In this document: positions 11,003-25,287 of the stretch, in pieces
Layout of the letters: each line of letters opens with the position of its first letter
Position numbering within the stretch: the stretch's first letter is position 1
From: Octopus bimaculoides
Taxonomy: Eukaryota
NCBI RefSeq assembly: GCF_001194135.2
Contig: NC_068997.1
Location: 39,609,760-39,673,759, forward strand
DNA: 64,000 nucleotides
Direction of reading: 5' to 3'
Notes under the pieces: model-generated
What the model was told of the DNA's origin: nothing
Seen by the model: the letters and a program-made list of their open reading frames with translations, nothing else
Database searches by the model: none
Made by a program: the position numbers and the translations under genes

Positions 11003-12922
11003 NNNNNNNNNNNNNNNNNNNNNNNNNNNNNNNNNNNNNNNNNNNNNNNNNNNNNNNNNNNNNNNNNNNNNNNNNNNNNNNNNNNNNNNNNNNNNNNNNN
11101 NNNNNNNNNNNNNNNNNNNNNNNNNNNNNNNNNNNNNNNNNNNNNNNNNNNNNNNNNNNNNNNNNNNNNNNNNNNNNNNNNNNNNNNNNNNNNNNNNNNN
11201 NNNNNNNNNNNNNNNNNNNNNNNNNNNNNNNNNNNNNNNNNNNNNNNNNNNNNNNNNNNNNNNNNNNNNNNNNNNNNNNNNNNNNNNNNNNNNNNNNNNN
11301 NNNNNNNNNNNNNNNNNNNNNNNNNNNNNNNNNNNNNNNNNNNNNNNNNNNNNNNNNNNNNNNNNNNNNNNNNNNNNNNNNNNNNNNNNNNNNNNNNNNN
11401 NNNNNNNNNNNNNNNNNNNNNNNNNNNNNNNNNNNNNNNNNNNNNNNNNNNNNNNNNNNNNNNNNNNNNNNNNNNNNNNNNNNNNNNNNNNNNNNNNNNN
11501 NNNNNNNNNNNNNNNNNNNNNNNNNNNNNNNNNNNNNNNNNNNNNNNNNNNNNNNNNNNNNNNNNNNNNNNNNNNNNNNNNNNNNNNNNNNNNNNNNNNN
11601 NNNNNNNNNNNNNNNNNNNNNNNNNNNNNNNNNNNNNNNNNNNNNNNNNNNNNNNNNNNNNNNNNNNNNNNNNNNNNNNNNNNNNNNNNNNNNNNNNNNN
11701 NNNNNNNNNNNNNNNNNNNNNNNNNNNNNNNNNNNNNNNNNNNNNNNNNNNNNNNNNNNNNNNNNNNNNNNNNNNNNNNNNNNNNNNNNNNNNNNNNNNN
11801 NNNNNNNNNNNNNNNNNNNNNNNNNNNNNNNNNNNNNNNNNNNNNNNNNNATATGTAAATGAAATATTCAAACACTGAGATTTGAAGTTAGATGTCACTA
11901 TTGTTCATATCATCTGTGGATAAATTCAAAATTTGATGATTTCACCAATAGTAGCATGGGTGGAACGCAGTTATGATAGCTTTAAGGAGCTATGAAATAT
12001 GAATTTGCACGAAGAGTAATGATGCTTAATGAGCATCTACCTGCTAGAAATAAGAGCCAAGTCTTAAATAATCCACCGTAGCGCATCAATATAACAGAGA
12101 AAAACAGTATGCGAAGAAAACAGAAAGAATTAAAACATTTAACAGCACAAATAAAAATATTATGCAATTAGGGATATCCACAAACCAGGTTTCGGCTTTT
12201 GGTTATTCAACCTTGAGCCTCGTCAGTGTGGACTACCAGTTTAAATCCATGACTGTTCACGTTAGTCTCTGACTGTGCAACTGGTTTTGTTTTGCGCCAA
12301 AATCAGTGCACATGGTGCGTAAAAATATATAAATGAAATATTCAAACATGCATATATTTCATCTTGGGATTTGGTTTACAAGATTCTTTGTGTGAGTTCG
12401 TGTGTTGAAGCATACTCTGTCATTCTCTTTTAGTGCCTTATAATTTAACACACTCACCAGTAAAATTTCCACTTATTTCTTTTTTAATTTTTTTTTTTAA
12501 TTTTCGTTGCGTCTTTTAATAATTTTCGAGAGAGCGATATATGAATGATTAAATGTCACTCAAGTACCCATCACTCAAGGCATATAAATATAATCTATAC
12601 ACGAATATATATGTCCGGCATCCACGTTTGAGAAAGGTGGCGAGCAGAGCTTTTCTAATTTGTGGCTTTAACTGAAGAGGTTTTGTGAAGGACGAGGTTC
12701 AAAGAATTGCAGTAGACACTTTAATTTTCGTCCAAGCCCTCATTATCTTTTTAAAATAGCGCGTTATCCTTTTTACACATCCACATACGTTTGTGTATGG
12801 GGGTGGGAATCGTGTGGGTGAGTGGGACTGTGATCGTGTATGATGTGAATATATGAGATTTGTGGACAGCAGATTGTATGTGTCTATGTATGTGTGCTTG
12901 TGCGCATAAGACCATGCGTACG

Positions 12923-13099
12923 TATATATGTATATACGACGGGCTTCTTTCAGTTTCCATCCACCAAATCCACCCATAAGGCTCTAGTCGGCCCGAGGCT
13001 ATAGCAGAAGACGCTTGCCCAAGGTGCCACATAGTGGGACTGAACCCTGAACCATGTGGTTAGGAAGTAAGCTTCTTACCACAGAGCTAATCCTGCACC
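12923..13099 (-). mobile_element. SINE family B, 5' half
   Basis: Reverse complement of the family B head through GAAAGAAGCCCGTCGTATATAC. Confidence 0.85.
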
Positions 13100-13912
13100 A
13101 ATGTATACTTTAGTAATTAATAACAGTAATGTAGTTCCTCGCGTCAGAGTAATGTAGTTCCTCGGTGATCGAATGGAGAGATGGTTGAAGTTCAAGATGG
13201 CTATTAAATATTGAGCTGGTATTGACATGGGGGTGGGCACAGTGTGTTATTCTCGGATTGTGTTTATATACAAACCTCCACCCGCGCGCACACACACACA
13301 CACGCACACACACGCATACACATATACTCCTACTCGCACAGACGCATCTTCCCTCTCTTATATAATGGTGACAGAACACATCCATCCGGGTGAACTCATT
13401 GGTTATTCTTCTAATTATGTTTTATGTTTTCGAATACATACCTAGCATCTTATAAGTATACACAAGCCATGCGAATCTAGGCACAAGGCTGGGAATTAGA
13501 GACGTTGAGGAGAACGTCGACTACATTGACATCATCATCTGACTGGAGATCAGTGGATACAGTTGTACATATGTGTGGCATTTGTGTGTACACAAACACA
13601 CATGCACACACACGCACATACAAAAGCNNNNNNNNNNNNNNNNNNNNNNNNNNNNNNNNNNNNNNNNNNNNNNNNNNNNNNNNNNNNNNNNNNNNNNNNN
13701 NNNNNNNNNNNNNNNNNNNNNNNNNNNNNNNNNNNNNNNNNNNNNNNNNNNNNNNNNNNNNNNNNNNNNNNNNNNNNNNNNNNNNNNNNNNNNNNNNNNN
13801 NNNNNNNNNNNNNNNNNNNNNNNNNNNNNNNNNNNNNNNNNNNNNNNNNNNNNNNNNNNNNNNNNNNNNNNNNNNNNNNNNNNNNNNNNNNNNNNNNNNN
13901 NNNNNNNNNNNN

Positions 13913-13943
<31 letters not shown>

Positions 13944-14014
13944 ATCTATATATCTATCTATGCATACAAACATACATGCATACATGCCTACGTGCATGCG
14001 TGCATACACACACA

Positions 14015-14045
<31 letters not shown>

Positions 14046-14089
14046 TGGACAATGACCTCAAAAATATGACAAAACGGGAGGCATAGGTT

Positions 14090-14560
14090 TTTAGAAATGT
14101 ATTATTTTTAACGATTAAAGAGTAAAATCTTGACGTTTCGGTTCCTGGCCTTTCATAGAAAATACAAAATATAAGAAAAAGAAAAAGTATAGGATAAAAT
14201 AAAAAGAATAAGAAAGGGTTTTGGTAAAACAGGTTAAGTGTCAGGTGGTAATGCAGTTCGAACTATAGAGTTAGGAATTGAGGGAGGAGTTGGGTGGAGT
14301 TCGCATGTATAGTTTGGTATCCCTATTTTGATTTGTGCATCGCGGAAAGTGTGTGTGTCTGGTTGTGTGGTATGTGTTTAGAATATTAGAGGTTTTAGTC
14401 GTGTGAAAGTGTGCAGGTTTGCGGGTGTAGTGGTTTGGGATAAAAGGGTGTAGGGGGATGACGCTTAGGTGCAATCGTATGTAGCTGAAACGAAGACGTC
14501 TAAGGAAAGAAGCATGTACAGGCGTGAGCGAAAGTAAGAGGCTTGTAGTATTTAACAAAA
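14090..14560 (-). mobile_element. Possible Penelope-like element 3' relic
   Basis: CCGAAACGTCA motif near 14130 and a minus-strand ...KLYMRTPPNSSLN resembling a GIY-YIG C-terminus. Weak. Confidence 0.3.
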
Positions 14561-15003
14561 AAATAATGATGGAAAAACTGTATGAATCTTAAAGCGATAA
14601 TATTGGCGAACAGTCTGTATGTTATGTATCAGTTCCATTATTTTAAGGATGTAATAAAGGAAAAAGAAAATGAATAGATAGGCGAAGGTAGCCAAAGAGG
14701 TCACTTGATAGAAAAACGAAAAGTGTTTAAACACTAGCAAAAAGAAAAAAAAAACAAAATTCATATTAGTGAAAGAAGAAATAAAATTAGAAAAATAGGA
14801 GAAAAATAAGAAGAATAAGAAAAACAATAGGGAAAGTGACGAGTCAGTGAGGGTTAGAAGATAACTGCAGATTGTCGCACGCGCCATATATATATATATA
14901 CTTTATTAATAAATCTGCAAAAGTATTAATGAAGCATATGACTCTACTTCCGGTATTCGAGTACCATTTTTACCACCTTGTTTGACATTTATGTGCTTAC
15001 TCT

Positions 15004-15052
<49 letters not shown>

Positions 15053-15134
15053 ACATGCCCACACCCACCCACATACATATGTATGTTTGTATGCATGTAT
15101 GTATGAGTGTGTATGCATGTACATACATATATAC

Positions 15135-15172
<38 letters not shown>

Positions 15173-15174
15173 TT

Positions 15175-15310
15175 TTTTTAACTTTTACTTTTACTTGTTT
15201 CAGCCATTTGACTGCGGCCATGCTGGAGCACCGCCTTTAGTCGAGCAAATCGATCCCAGGACTTATTCTTTGGAAGCCTAGTACTTATTCTATCGATCCC
15301 TTTTTGCCGA
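15175..15310 (-). mobile_element. SINE family B, 3' end
   Basis: Reverse complement ...GAATAAGTCCTGGGATCGATTTGCTCGACTAAAGGCGGTGCTCCAGCATGGCCGCAGTCAAATGG; aligns with the tails at 28121 and 59750. Confidence 0.8.
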
Positions 15311-16002
15311 TATATATATATTTATATATAACGTGAAAGAGTTAGGGGTTGGGGGTTCAACCCATTGGCTTGCATCCTTATGTAGACGCACGAGGGTACA
15401 TGCTTATACACTCACATTTCTATATCAATGTGGCGGTGGTAACAGCACATCTCTCTGTCAATTACAACGGTGGTGATGAGATTATTGTAAATTCTGTCAC
15501 ACTATCATCTATTTAGTATTAATCATTGTTCCGTTATATGCTTAGCTTCATATATCTGCTATAACGTTACATCATGTGGGTGTGTCCGTAGAACTTTTCT
15601 CTAGTTTTTTGAAACGCCGTCATGTTTATTCTTAGCATGGAGGTAGAATTCTGATGCAGGTTCTATATCTATACATTTTTAACAGAGTTCTACCATTTTC
15701 TCGGCGAAAGTTTACGCTGTTTCCCCCTTTTAACATATAGTAAAGTTTCTACAATGGCCACACAGACACATACACACACGCACCTCCCGCACGCATGCAC
15801 ACACACACACACACACGCATGCATGCTTAACCACACATATGTGAAAGAGATAGATAGATAGAGATAGAGAGAGTGAGAGTGAAAGATGCATAAGTATATA
15901 AAAAGATAGATATCAATATTTTTATATGTATATGTATATGTATGTATGTATCTCTCACCCTCTGTGTGTGTCTCTCTCTCTGTTTCAATCTCTCTGCCTG
16001 TT

Positions 16003-16086
<84 letters not shown>

Positions 16087-17599
16087 TCTAAATATTCAGG
16101 GACAAACACTTACAGGCACATTTATATATCCACGTACACATATCTACTGACATAAGTATGTATATGTATATATACACACAAATACACACATAATTATATT
16201 CAAATAGCGATTTGTAAATGTATGCATATACGCGCATATACAACATATTTATGAATAACAGTATACATTTATGTGTGCAAATGTGCACATAGATATGTAT
16301 ACAAATATCTTCACTCATTTTCATCTTCAATCTCTCAACCTCTTTCTTTCCTTCTTTTGATACGCATGTACACATAAATATCAAGAAACATGCACATTCA
16401 TGCTCTTATACACACACATACACGCACCTACACACACATACATATGTATATTTGATATAAGATCGTGTAGATCGTGTGCGTGCGCGCCTATATATTCCCG
16501 TATGTATATTTGAGAATGTTCGGTTCTCATGTCCACACGAATATATTTGTATTTTTTAGTAAATTTTAGAGGATGTCTTTGTATTTGTTTCATTCCTATA
16601 ATTATTTTAATTACTATGTAATAATTCTGGATTCAGTAATATTTTGCTCAATTCGTTTATCTCATTATGAGCTGTTATACTTTTTACTTTTCATTTCTTT
16701 CTGCAACTTGTAATGAAATGATTACATAGTCAAAGATCTGTTCGCCGCTTTCCGCCACTCATCAGCTAACAACCTGCCATTGTACTTATAGTTTTAGCCT
16801 TCAGTGGAGCCGACATGTCTCAGCCCTTTCAAATGTTGCTTTCCATCTACGCATGCCAGATTCATGTACCATACACGCAACATAGAAGAAACCTGCGTGT
16901 CGGAGCTATATTTCCGTTTCTTTCTGAAAGCTAGACTTTTTATTGTCTCCTATGAAGCGACTCTAGCTTCACCAATATTTTTTTTATAATTTGTTTTTAT
17001 ATATATATATAATGTCTCATTTAGAAATTATGCCGAAATCACATGCGCCTTCGATAAAATGTCTTCATTACCATCTTACTGAATTTTCAATGCTAGAGAA
17101 ACTGAAAGTGATGCTATGAATAAATTAAAAAATAAAAGCAACATAAATTGAATTCCCAATTACAAATCATTAAGACAGGGGAAAAAAAGCTAACTTCCGT
17201 TAATGTAGGTTCAATTAGTAATGTTAGTGTTCAATCACTAATAATACTTTGCCGTAATATCACATGTTTCCGAATACATGAAAGTTTGTACTTACAACTG
17301 GATACAGCTTAAGTACTTGTCCAAACTGCAAATGCATATATTTTCTGTATATACTTTCAAAACTGTTCTATTGAGACACTTGTCTCCTTCGAACGTTTTA
17401 TGTGATTTCTGTCGCATGATTTTATTCCGTAGTCGTGATTTCTATAATGTAGCTTATAAAGGAAGGCCAATAGTTTGGTTCCTGATTTGATCAGATGTAT
17501 TCTTTATAAAACATTTTACTTGTACAAAATGTATGCTTGTTATTCTTAGGCTTTCAGAGAAGTGGATTGTTAGAATCTTTAGAGCCTAAGACTTGCGAT

Positions 17600-17762
17600 A
17601 TTAGTTCTAGTGGTTGGTATTGTGAGTTCAAATTTCAATGAGACCCACAATTTTTATACCATCCCTGGGTCAATAAAATAAAGTACCAGTCAAGTACTAA
17701 AAAGATATAATCGACTGTTTCCTTTCGGTTTATTTCTGATGTTGCACCTAATTTAAGAACAC
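17600..17762 (+). mobile_element. Old tRNA-SINE relic sharing the family A core
   Basis: GTGAGTTCAAATTTC...GGGTCAATAAAATAAAGTACCAGTCAAGTAC...ATAATCGAC. Confidence 0.5.
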
Positions 17763-17886
17763 TTGTTTAATATGCAGCAAATGTATTGCTTTTCTAGAAA
17801 CTTTACTGTTACTCCGGGCTATTTCGTTTCAGGACTGCGTTGATATGTAGTCGTGTGTCCTATATATTATTTTGACATATTATATA

Positions 17887-19800
17887 CTAAATGAATGACC
17901 CGGCGTTGCCCATGTCACTTCTGTTCTTATTCAGATTAATAAACAATAAATATAAAGATATACTCTCATAATTATTTCAAAGTATTTATATTTATGAAAA
18001 AATATCCAAATTGTAATGATAATAGAATTTAGAACTGAAAATCTGTCAATGTTGAAGCACCTCAGGCTAAACAATATTCATTGTGTAATTTTTTGTTGGT
18101 GTTGAAATGAATAAATTGTTGCTGCTTCCAACTCACGAGCAAGTAACATACAGTAGGCCGTGGAAGAAACATGCAGTAGAGAGATCAAGTGCAACTACCT
18201 TGAGGGATTGACCATGAGATTTGTTAATTGAAATACTAAACCTTAGTTTGACAGGAAACTGAAGCGTCTTAAATTCAAATGGAGAATTTGTAGATATGAG
18301 AGGAATTTTTGGAATAAAGACATTTTCTCATTTGTGACTATCTGTTATAATTGTTGCTTGTAGGACATGGGGCGTCATGGAAGTAACAATTAAGCGAGTT
18401 CTATTACATAGGTGAGATGGGTCAAGATTCCCAAGCAACATAATGGGAGCATCCTGCGGTGGCATCCCAGTGGGTTTAAGTGTGTTCAGAAATTCAACAG
18501 GATATTGAACAACCTGATCTTGATCGACTGTTGTCAATTGATCGAAAAGTCATTCCTAATGTATCTGTTAACTTTTGAAGAAGTTTATGATTGAGTTTAT
18601 CAGCCATTTCCTTAGTTGAAGCTATTATAGCTGTTTAACATAGCAACTTTACGTCAGTGTAATTGACAGATAAACTAGGAAATACTTTATCCATCAGATT
18701 CCTAAGAGAAAGTATCATTTGACCGCATGTAATTTCATGTAACTGAAGTCTTGAGTTGAATGTTAATATCCCATTACCAATCTTAAGAAACTCGTATGGT
18801 CACCTTGTCGAAGTACTCTGATATTGTTTGTAAGATTAAGTTTTTTCACGTCTCCAAAGGTACGGTATTTCGAAACGTGCATCGACTTAATCAGTTTTTG
18901 ATCCTCTGATGATAACCGGCAACATTTGAGGAACATATCCCCCAAGAAGAACTGTTACCCCTCCCATGAGCGTACTATTGTTTTCAAGTACCTCTGGAGC
19001 TCCACGATGGGACATAGTACACTGATCCCAAACAATGAGGCAAGTTTGTTGGAGAAATGTTGCCATTGCAGAATTTTTGGAAATGTTGCACATTTGAGAT
19101 TTTTTCATTGCAAGGTTTAGAGGGAGCTTGAACATGGAATGAGCAGTTCTTCCCCCAGTGAGGAAGGTAGCTGCAATACCAGAAGATGCAACACTGGAAG
19201 AAGGTTAGATTTTATTTCCTCCCATTTAGGATTGAGGGTGAAAGTGACAAAAAGTTCTGGTTTTCCGTACGTCCTGACATATGTCATAGCATCTTGCGTT
19301 CGTTGGTGCATATATTGAGGACCACCTGTGAATGATGAAGAGAGGATTATAAGTTGACCCTTGTTTTGAATATCACCATCTGTCCTCAGAGTATCTTGGA
19401 GATGAACATAATTTTTTATTGTTACGAATGTAGAGGAGACGCTAACTCTCAACTTTAACATACATATCTACCAGGTATTGCTGAAGTAGATCACGATACA
19501 TGTGAGATTGATTTGATTGGTCTGGACTTAACATCAGTTGGTAAGAATAGAAGTCATTTGACGACACCTTTTTGTTTGTAATTGGCTCTCCTGTTGTAGG
19601 TTCAATCTGTGGAATATTGAAATGATACCAATCTTGTCCATTCTACAGAATAAAAGGATATTGGTGAGCATCATAGGAGGGATGAGTCTCTGAAACACGT
19701 TTAAGGCTGTTATCTCGAGCATGAATGAAAATATTACGATTTTCATGTGGATAACCTACTATAAGGATGGCTATTTCATTAGACGTGGGCTCATTAAAAT
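17887..19800 (-). mobile_element. Helitron, internally deleted Rep-helicase relic
   Basis: Rep-region motifs FNEPTSNEIAILIVG, ETHPSYDAHQYP, SSFTGGPQYMHQRTQDAM.YVRTYGKPELFVTFT.NPKW. PIF1 motifs VASSGIAA.F.TGGRTAHSMFKLPL, IVWDQCTM, YPVEFLNTL.PTGMPP, LCN.TRL. 3' end GGGCAACGCCGGGTCATTCATTTAG-T resembles the Helitron CTAG terminus. Confidence 0.92.
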
Positions 19801-19849
19801 GGCGTAAAATGTCCGTTACTATAGTTTACTATAGACGTAACGAACGTGG

Positions 19850-19918
<69 letters not shown>

Positions 19919-21942
19919 GACACGTAGACACTCATAGAATTGATAATACTGAAAACAGCAAAACGTACACACACGAACTTCAAGCAAAATTAATGTAATC
20001 AATATAAGTGCGAAACATACTTTCTGTAGCATAGTTATGCTACAAATATTTTGTAGAGAATATTTCCAAAAGAAATATTCCAGCATCGGAAAGTCACCAA
20101 TTTAGCAAAAGTTATTATGCGTCACCAATGTAACAAAGTACAGAAATCAACATTTATTTGGAACATGTACTAAATGTTATAAATTTCAGAATTGAATGTC
20201 ACGGTAAAGAAAGTCAAGCTCCAAGAAAATTCAGAAGGCATAATTCAGTTTTTTCATTATACAAAAATAATTTATTACTTCTCAATTTTTAAACGAACGC
20301 TGAACAAAGTGTGTACAAAAGAATATGTTGCTACTGTGAACGTTAATTAATTTAAAATATTTGCTAAGAGATGTATGTAGCAAGATATAAATGAATTCGA
20401 CATCACTTAGTATATATTTTAACCGTGTACGGTTATAGGCTGTAGAATAAATACCGACTGACGCAGTAAAGAGATTGCGCAGCGTTGAATACGCACACAG
20501 GAATACGAGAAGGACGCTAGGACTGTTAAAAAGGCATTATCTTCAAACTGGTCATGAGGACTGGAATAACATTTCTGTAATTATATTGAAAGAGCCGCTA
20601 AAGCTTTCTACTTCACCAAGTTTCGAGACTTGTTATAATAGCTAGAGTGACATTTTATTTTTTCAGATATATTTGCGAAATTTGTGAGTGCTGTCAAATC
20701 AGCCAAATCTTCATGTTGGTAATATAAACCAGAATAATAATTCAGCAAATCAAATAAGTAGTGATAACTGTTAATGCTGTTTAAACCGTAACTCTCCATG
20801 ATCAAAAGGAAAATTTAAACAGTGGTACTTCAAGGTGAATGCTGTTGTTCGTTCAACATGCAGGCTGCAACTAAACTAAACTCTTTCAAAATCGGGGCGT
20901 TTCACTATTGGGTGGTGCAGTCTGATACATATACTAAGACACACACATAGATATACATTTACGCATGCCTCAGGCCTATCTCTGTCCTCCTGTACGTCTG
21001 TCTATGTCTTTAGATGTGTGTATGTGTGCGTATGTGTGTGTGTGTCAGTCGTCACAAAAATGCATGTATACTGAGAGACACAGACACCGTCACACACATT
21101 TACTTCTGAGTACGTAACGAACACACTGACAGACATATAGACACGCATATAGAAAATGTGACGTCGTCGTCGTCATAGAGGGGTGGTATAAAATGTCGTT
21201 TACGATAGTTGACTTAGAGAAAGATTATAATGTCAAATTTTTGTAATACAAATATGTAAATGAAAATAAAGATTATTTGGTAGCTAAAAGATTACTGAAT
21301 TTTTTGATACCTCATACGTCAAAATCGTCAACTCAGTTTTCGGATCCATAACGAATATACGCGCGCGCACAGGCACAGACACACACACACACACATACAC
21401 ACTCACACAAACAAAGACATACACACGCACACACTCACACACAAACACACTCACACACGCACACGCTCACTCACACGCATACACGCGCACACACACACGC
21501 ACACGCTCACTCACACGCATACACGCGCACACACACACGCACACTGTGCGTGCGCGTATATGTATGTATATATGCAGATATAAATATATCTATATATATA
21601 AAACTGAGAATGTGTGTGTGTGTCTGTCTGTCTCTATGAGTGCATCACTAAAATCACCCAACTGATTTCATTTAAAATTTTAGACATGAGTTACTTAGCG
21701 TCCATACAGTGTCCTAGGCGAAAGAAATTTTCAACTTCTTGCCTAATGTGAGCCCGTATCTCTTAGACTGTTTCAGTATTACGTGTCAAAAGTGAAACAA
21801 TAACATCTCTATTGTAATGTGACATACTTTCAGTTTAATACTACCACAATTAATACTGAAACTATAGATGTATATATATATGTACATATGTATGTATATA
21901 TGTATATATATATATACATATATATTTATGTATATATACATA

Positions 21943-21981
<39 letters not shown>

Positions 21982-22584
21982 NNNNNNNNNNNNNNNNNNN
22001 NNNNNNNNNNNNNNNNNNNNNNNNNNNNNNNNNNNNNNNNNNNNNNNNNNNNNNNNNNNNNNNNNNNNNNNNNNNNNNNNNNNNNNNNNNNNNNNNNNNN
22101 NNNNNNNNNNNNNNNNNNNNNNNNNNNNNNNNNNNNNNNNNNNNNNNNNNNNNNNNNNNNNNNNNNNNNNNNNNNNNNNNNNNNNNNNNNNNNNNNNNNN
22201 NNNNNNNNNNNNNNNNNNNNNNNNNNNNNNNNNNNNNNNNNNNNNNNNNNNNNNNNNNNNNNNNNNNNNNNNNNNNNNNNNNNNNNNNNNNNNNNNNNNN
22301 NNNNNNNNNNNNNNNNNNNNNNNNNNNNNNNNNNNNNNNNNNNNNNNNNNNNNNNNNNNNNNNNNNNNNNNNNNNNNNNNNNNNNNNNNNNNNNNNNNNN
22401 NNNNNNNNNNNNNNNNNNNNNNNNNNNNNNNNNNNNNNNNNNNNNNNNNNNNNNNNNNNNNNNNNNNNNNNNNNNNNNNNNNNNNNNNNNNNNNNNNNNN
22501 NNNNNNNNNNNNNNNNNNNNNNNNNNNNNNNNNNNNNNNNNNNNNNNNNNNNNNNNNNNNNNNNNNNNNNNNNNNNNNNNNNNN

Positions 22585-22618
<34 letters not shown>

Positions 22619-22799
22619 ATAACACTATCCATATCACGTCCTCACTTTGTTGTTTTTTTGTTATTGTTTTTTGTGTTTTTTGAACTTATATATATATATA
22701 TATATGGATATCACTATGGTTTCGACACCTGGGCCGTACCATTCAATCCGGCAGTGTGAACAGCACTAAAATAAGTGTTGTTTGGGAACAAACATATCT

Positions 22800-23345
22800 T
22801 AGATATCACTACATTCATTCAATCTTAATTCTAGGAAGGATTAAACATTAACTTTATTAATTAAACTACAACAAAGAAACACATTTACCCTATGTACAAA
22901 AACCATATCGGTAAATAAACTGAATAAGTAAACCTATAACTAACTCCTAAAATATCTAACTAAACAGCGACCCAGCCCTTGAAATCCATAAGATAATATT
23001 CCCACCAGTCTTCCATGGTTATTAGTATAAAAGTGAAAGCTTTTATATTCTATTCTCTCCAAAACAAAACAAGCTCGATTGAACTTAACTAATATAACTA
23101 ACTCTGAGTGAATTACACTATTTCATAATCCAAAAGTTAAGAATTAAAACACTGCATACGTATTAAATATATGTCATCCTTACAGGCTTTAATGTTAAAT
23201 TTATACCAGTAACTTCATAGATAATACTAAAATATCCTTATAAATATAAACTAATGAAAGAATACCTGTAATTAACAATTATTATAAAAACCTTGTAACG
23301 ATTAAAGCTAAATAAAAACTGTTTAAAAGATAATATAAAATATAA
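22800..23345 (-). pseudogene. Possible degenerate mitochondrial insertion (NUMT), weakly nad5-like
   Basis: Strong A/C versus T/G strand skew. Minus strand in the invertebrate mitochondrial code gives GFQGLGRCLVSYF, reminiscent of ND5 GWDGLG..SYCLVIYY. Alignment is poor. Confidence 0.25.
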
Positions 23346-23559
23346 ATTATTATCACTGACATGTTATCAGCATACTCGAGGTGCAGTTAACGATATTCTC
23401 AAAAGATTGCCTTCACTATTAATGACGTAGTGCGTAAGTCATCTGTTTCTCAATTGTCTTTAACAATTTTGGTGACGTATGCACATATATGTCTTAGACA
23501 CTCTGGAACTCACATTATTGTGAAATCGGTTATGTGTATTAGCATTAGTTCCAAATCTT

Positions 23560-23752
23560 GGTATACAGACAATGATTGTAGGGAGAGAGTAAATTGATTA
23601 CATTCATCTCATTTTTCAGCTAATTCTTATTTTAGCGAGCTCGAAAGCTTAACAGACGAACCCAACCCAGGCAGCATTTGAACTCAGAACTTAAAACTGC
23701 AATAGATGTCACCAATGTTTTTGTCCGGCTCATTAATGACTCTGCCAGCGCC
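23560..23752 (-). mobile_element. Old SINE family A-like relic
   Basis: ATTTGAACTCAGAAC and ATGACTCTGCCAGC anchors as in the other copies. Confidence 0.55.
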
Positions 23753-24234
23753 GGACGTTTCTGAAGTTAATACTTCATCAAAAGAAAGACGGTGATGAAA
23801 AATAAGGAAGGAAACTGAACGACAAAAATGTAGAGAAAAGAGGATTTAGGGCAAGATAGAACAACGGCTCTACCATTGGATCTTGTAACGGAGAGAGGAG
23901 AATATGAGTCTATGCCTAGTATTGTGACGGGCATAGCGGGAAAATATGCGCATGCGGATTTTGGCCAAATTCCATTGAGCTAAACAACCCATCGCGACTA
24001 ATCCAGTGTTTATAACATGAAATATATGTATGTCATGGCGCAGGCAATATATACCTTGATGGAATCTTAGTGACACCGTCATGACTTACGGCGTGCCTGA
24101 GGGATTTTAAACATGGACGACCTCAGATCGTCTCAGATCTGATCATCGCGAATCTCTTGCAGAAGAAATAAAGAGAAAAGGCGGACAGGAAGATTTAGAA
24201 TAAGTAAAGAATTAACAACTGTACAGGGTTCGTC

Positions 24235-24354
24235 CTTGGTGTATTTTCTTCGAAAGAATGAAAGTTAAGTTTTTCCTCGATGGGGTTTGAAATCAAAACG
24301 CAGAGAGTCGGAATGATTATCATAAACTTATTTAACCGACGCTCCACCGACTCC
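24235..24354 (-). mobile_element. Old tRNA-SINE head relic
   Basis: Reverse complement GGAGTCGGTGGAGCGTCGGTT...GATTTCAAACCCCATCGAGG...ACTTTCATTCTTTCG, with A/B-box-like spacing. Confidence 0.4.
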
Positions 24355-24598
24355 AGTAATTGGCTTATACATACTTATATGCATACACATGTACATACGA
24401 ACGTACATGTATTAATACACACACACACGCATATGTATATATAAATAGATGTTTGTATTACTACAAATTCCCTAGCAACGTTGAATACGCGTATACATCT
24501 AAGCATTATGCATGTGTACGTATATATGAGTGTGTGTGTGTATGTTAATCTATGTATGTATCCATAACCAAATCTGTGTCTCTATCCATCTATATAAA

Positions 24599-24632
<34 letters not shown>

Positions 24633-25216
24633 CACTTACATACATATGCGTGTATATAGGTATTTATGTAAAAATATGTATTCCTGTTTGTGCATACACA
24701 TGAGTGAATACACAGTCACATACACAGACCTGTGTGTAAATACGTGTGTACATGCAACACTATCTTTACTCTGTACTTAAAAAGAAAGCGATTAGCACCC
24801 ACACTTCATATTATCTTTTCATGCTTATTTTACATCTTTGACATTTTAAAAGCTTTCACCTAAATTTTAATTTTCATAAAAGTGATAAAAATACACGTAT
24901 GATCAGTAAACAAATGTGATGACTGCAACTTTATTTCTGTGTAAAGAAATCACCACTTTCTATCTGTTACTTTTTTCCTCCTTCTGTGATGGGTTTTAAC
25001 ATCAGTGCAATCTATTATGGATAAAGTATTCCAATATGTGAAAACCAGCCAGCAGGGAGTTGGGCAGTGTTCTAAATATTAGATTAATTCAAATTTGAGA
25101 CAAGTGTGAATTTCAATGTTTTTTTTTTTGTTTTTTTGTTGCCTCTGTAAATATTTGCTTTTATGAGATGAACGTATATTTTGTTTTACGTTGAATAAAC
25201 TATAATACTAGTATGT

Positions 25217-25287
<71 letters not shown>

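Noticed and set aside
21360-21545. Tandem ~38-bp CA-rich duplication; also 14-20-bp tandem duplications at 43013, 47150 and 50828
   Set aside because: Ordinary slippage products. There is no repeat-spacer structure, so these are not CRISPR-like arrays.
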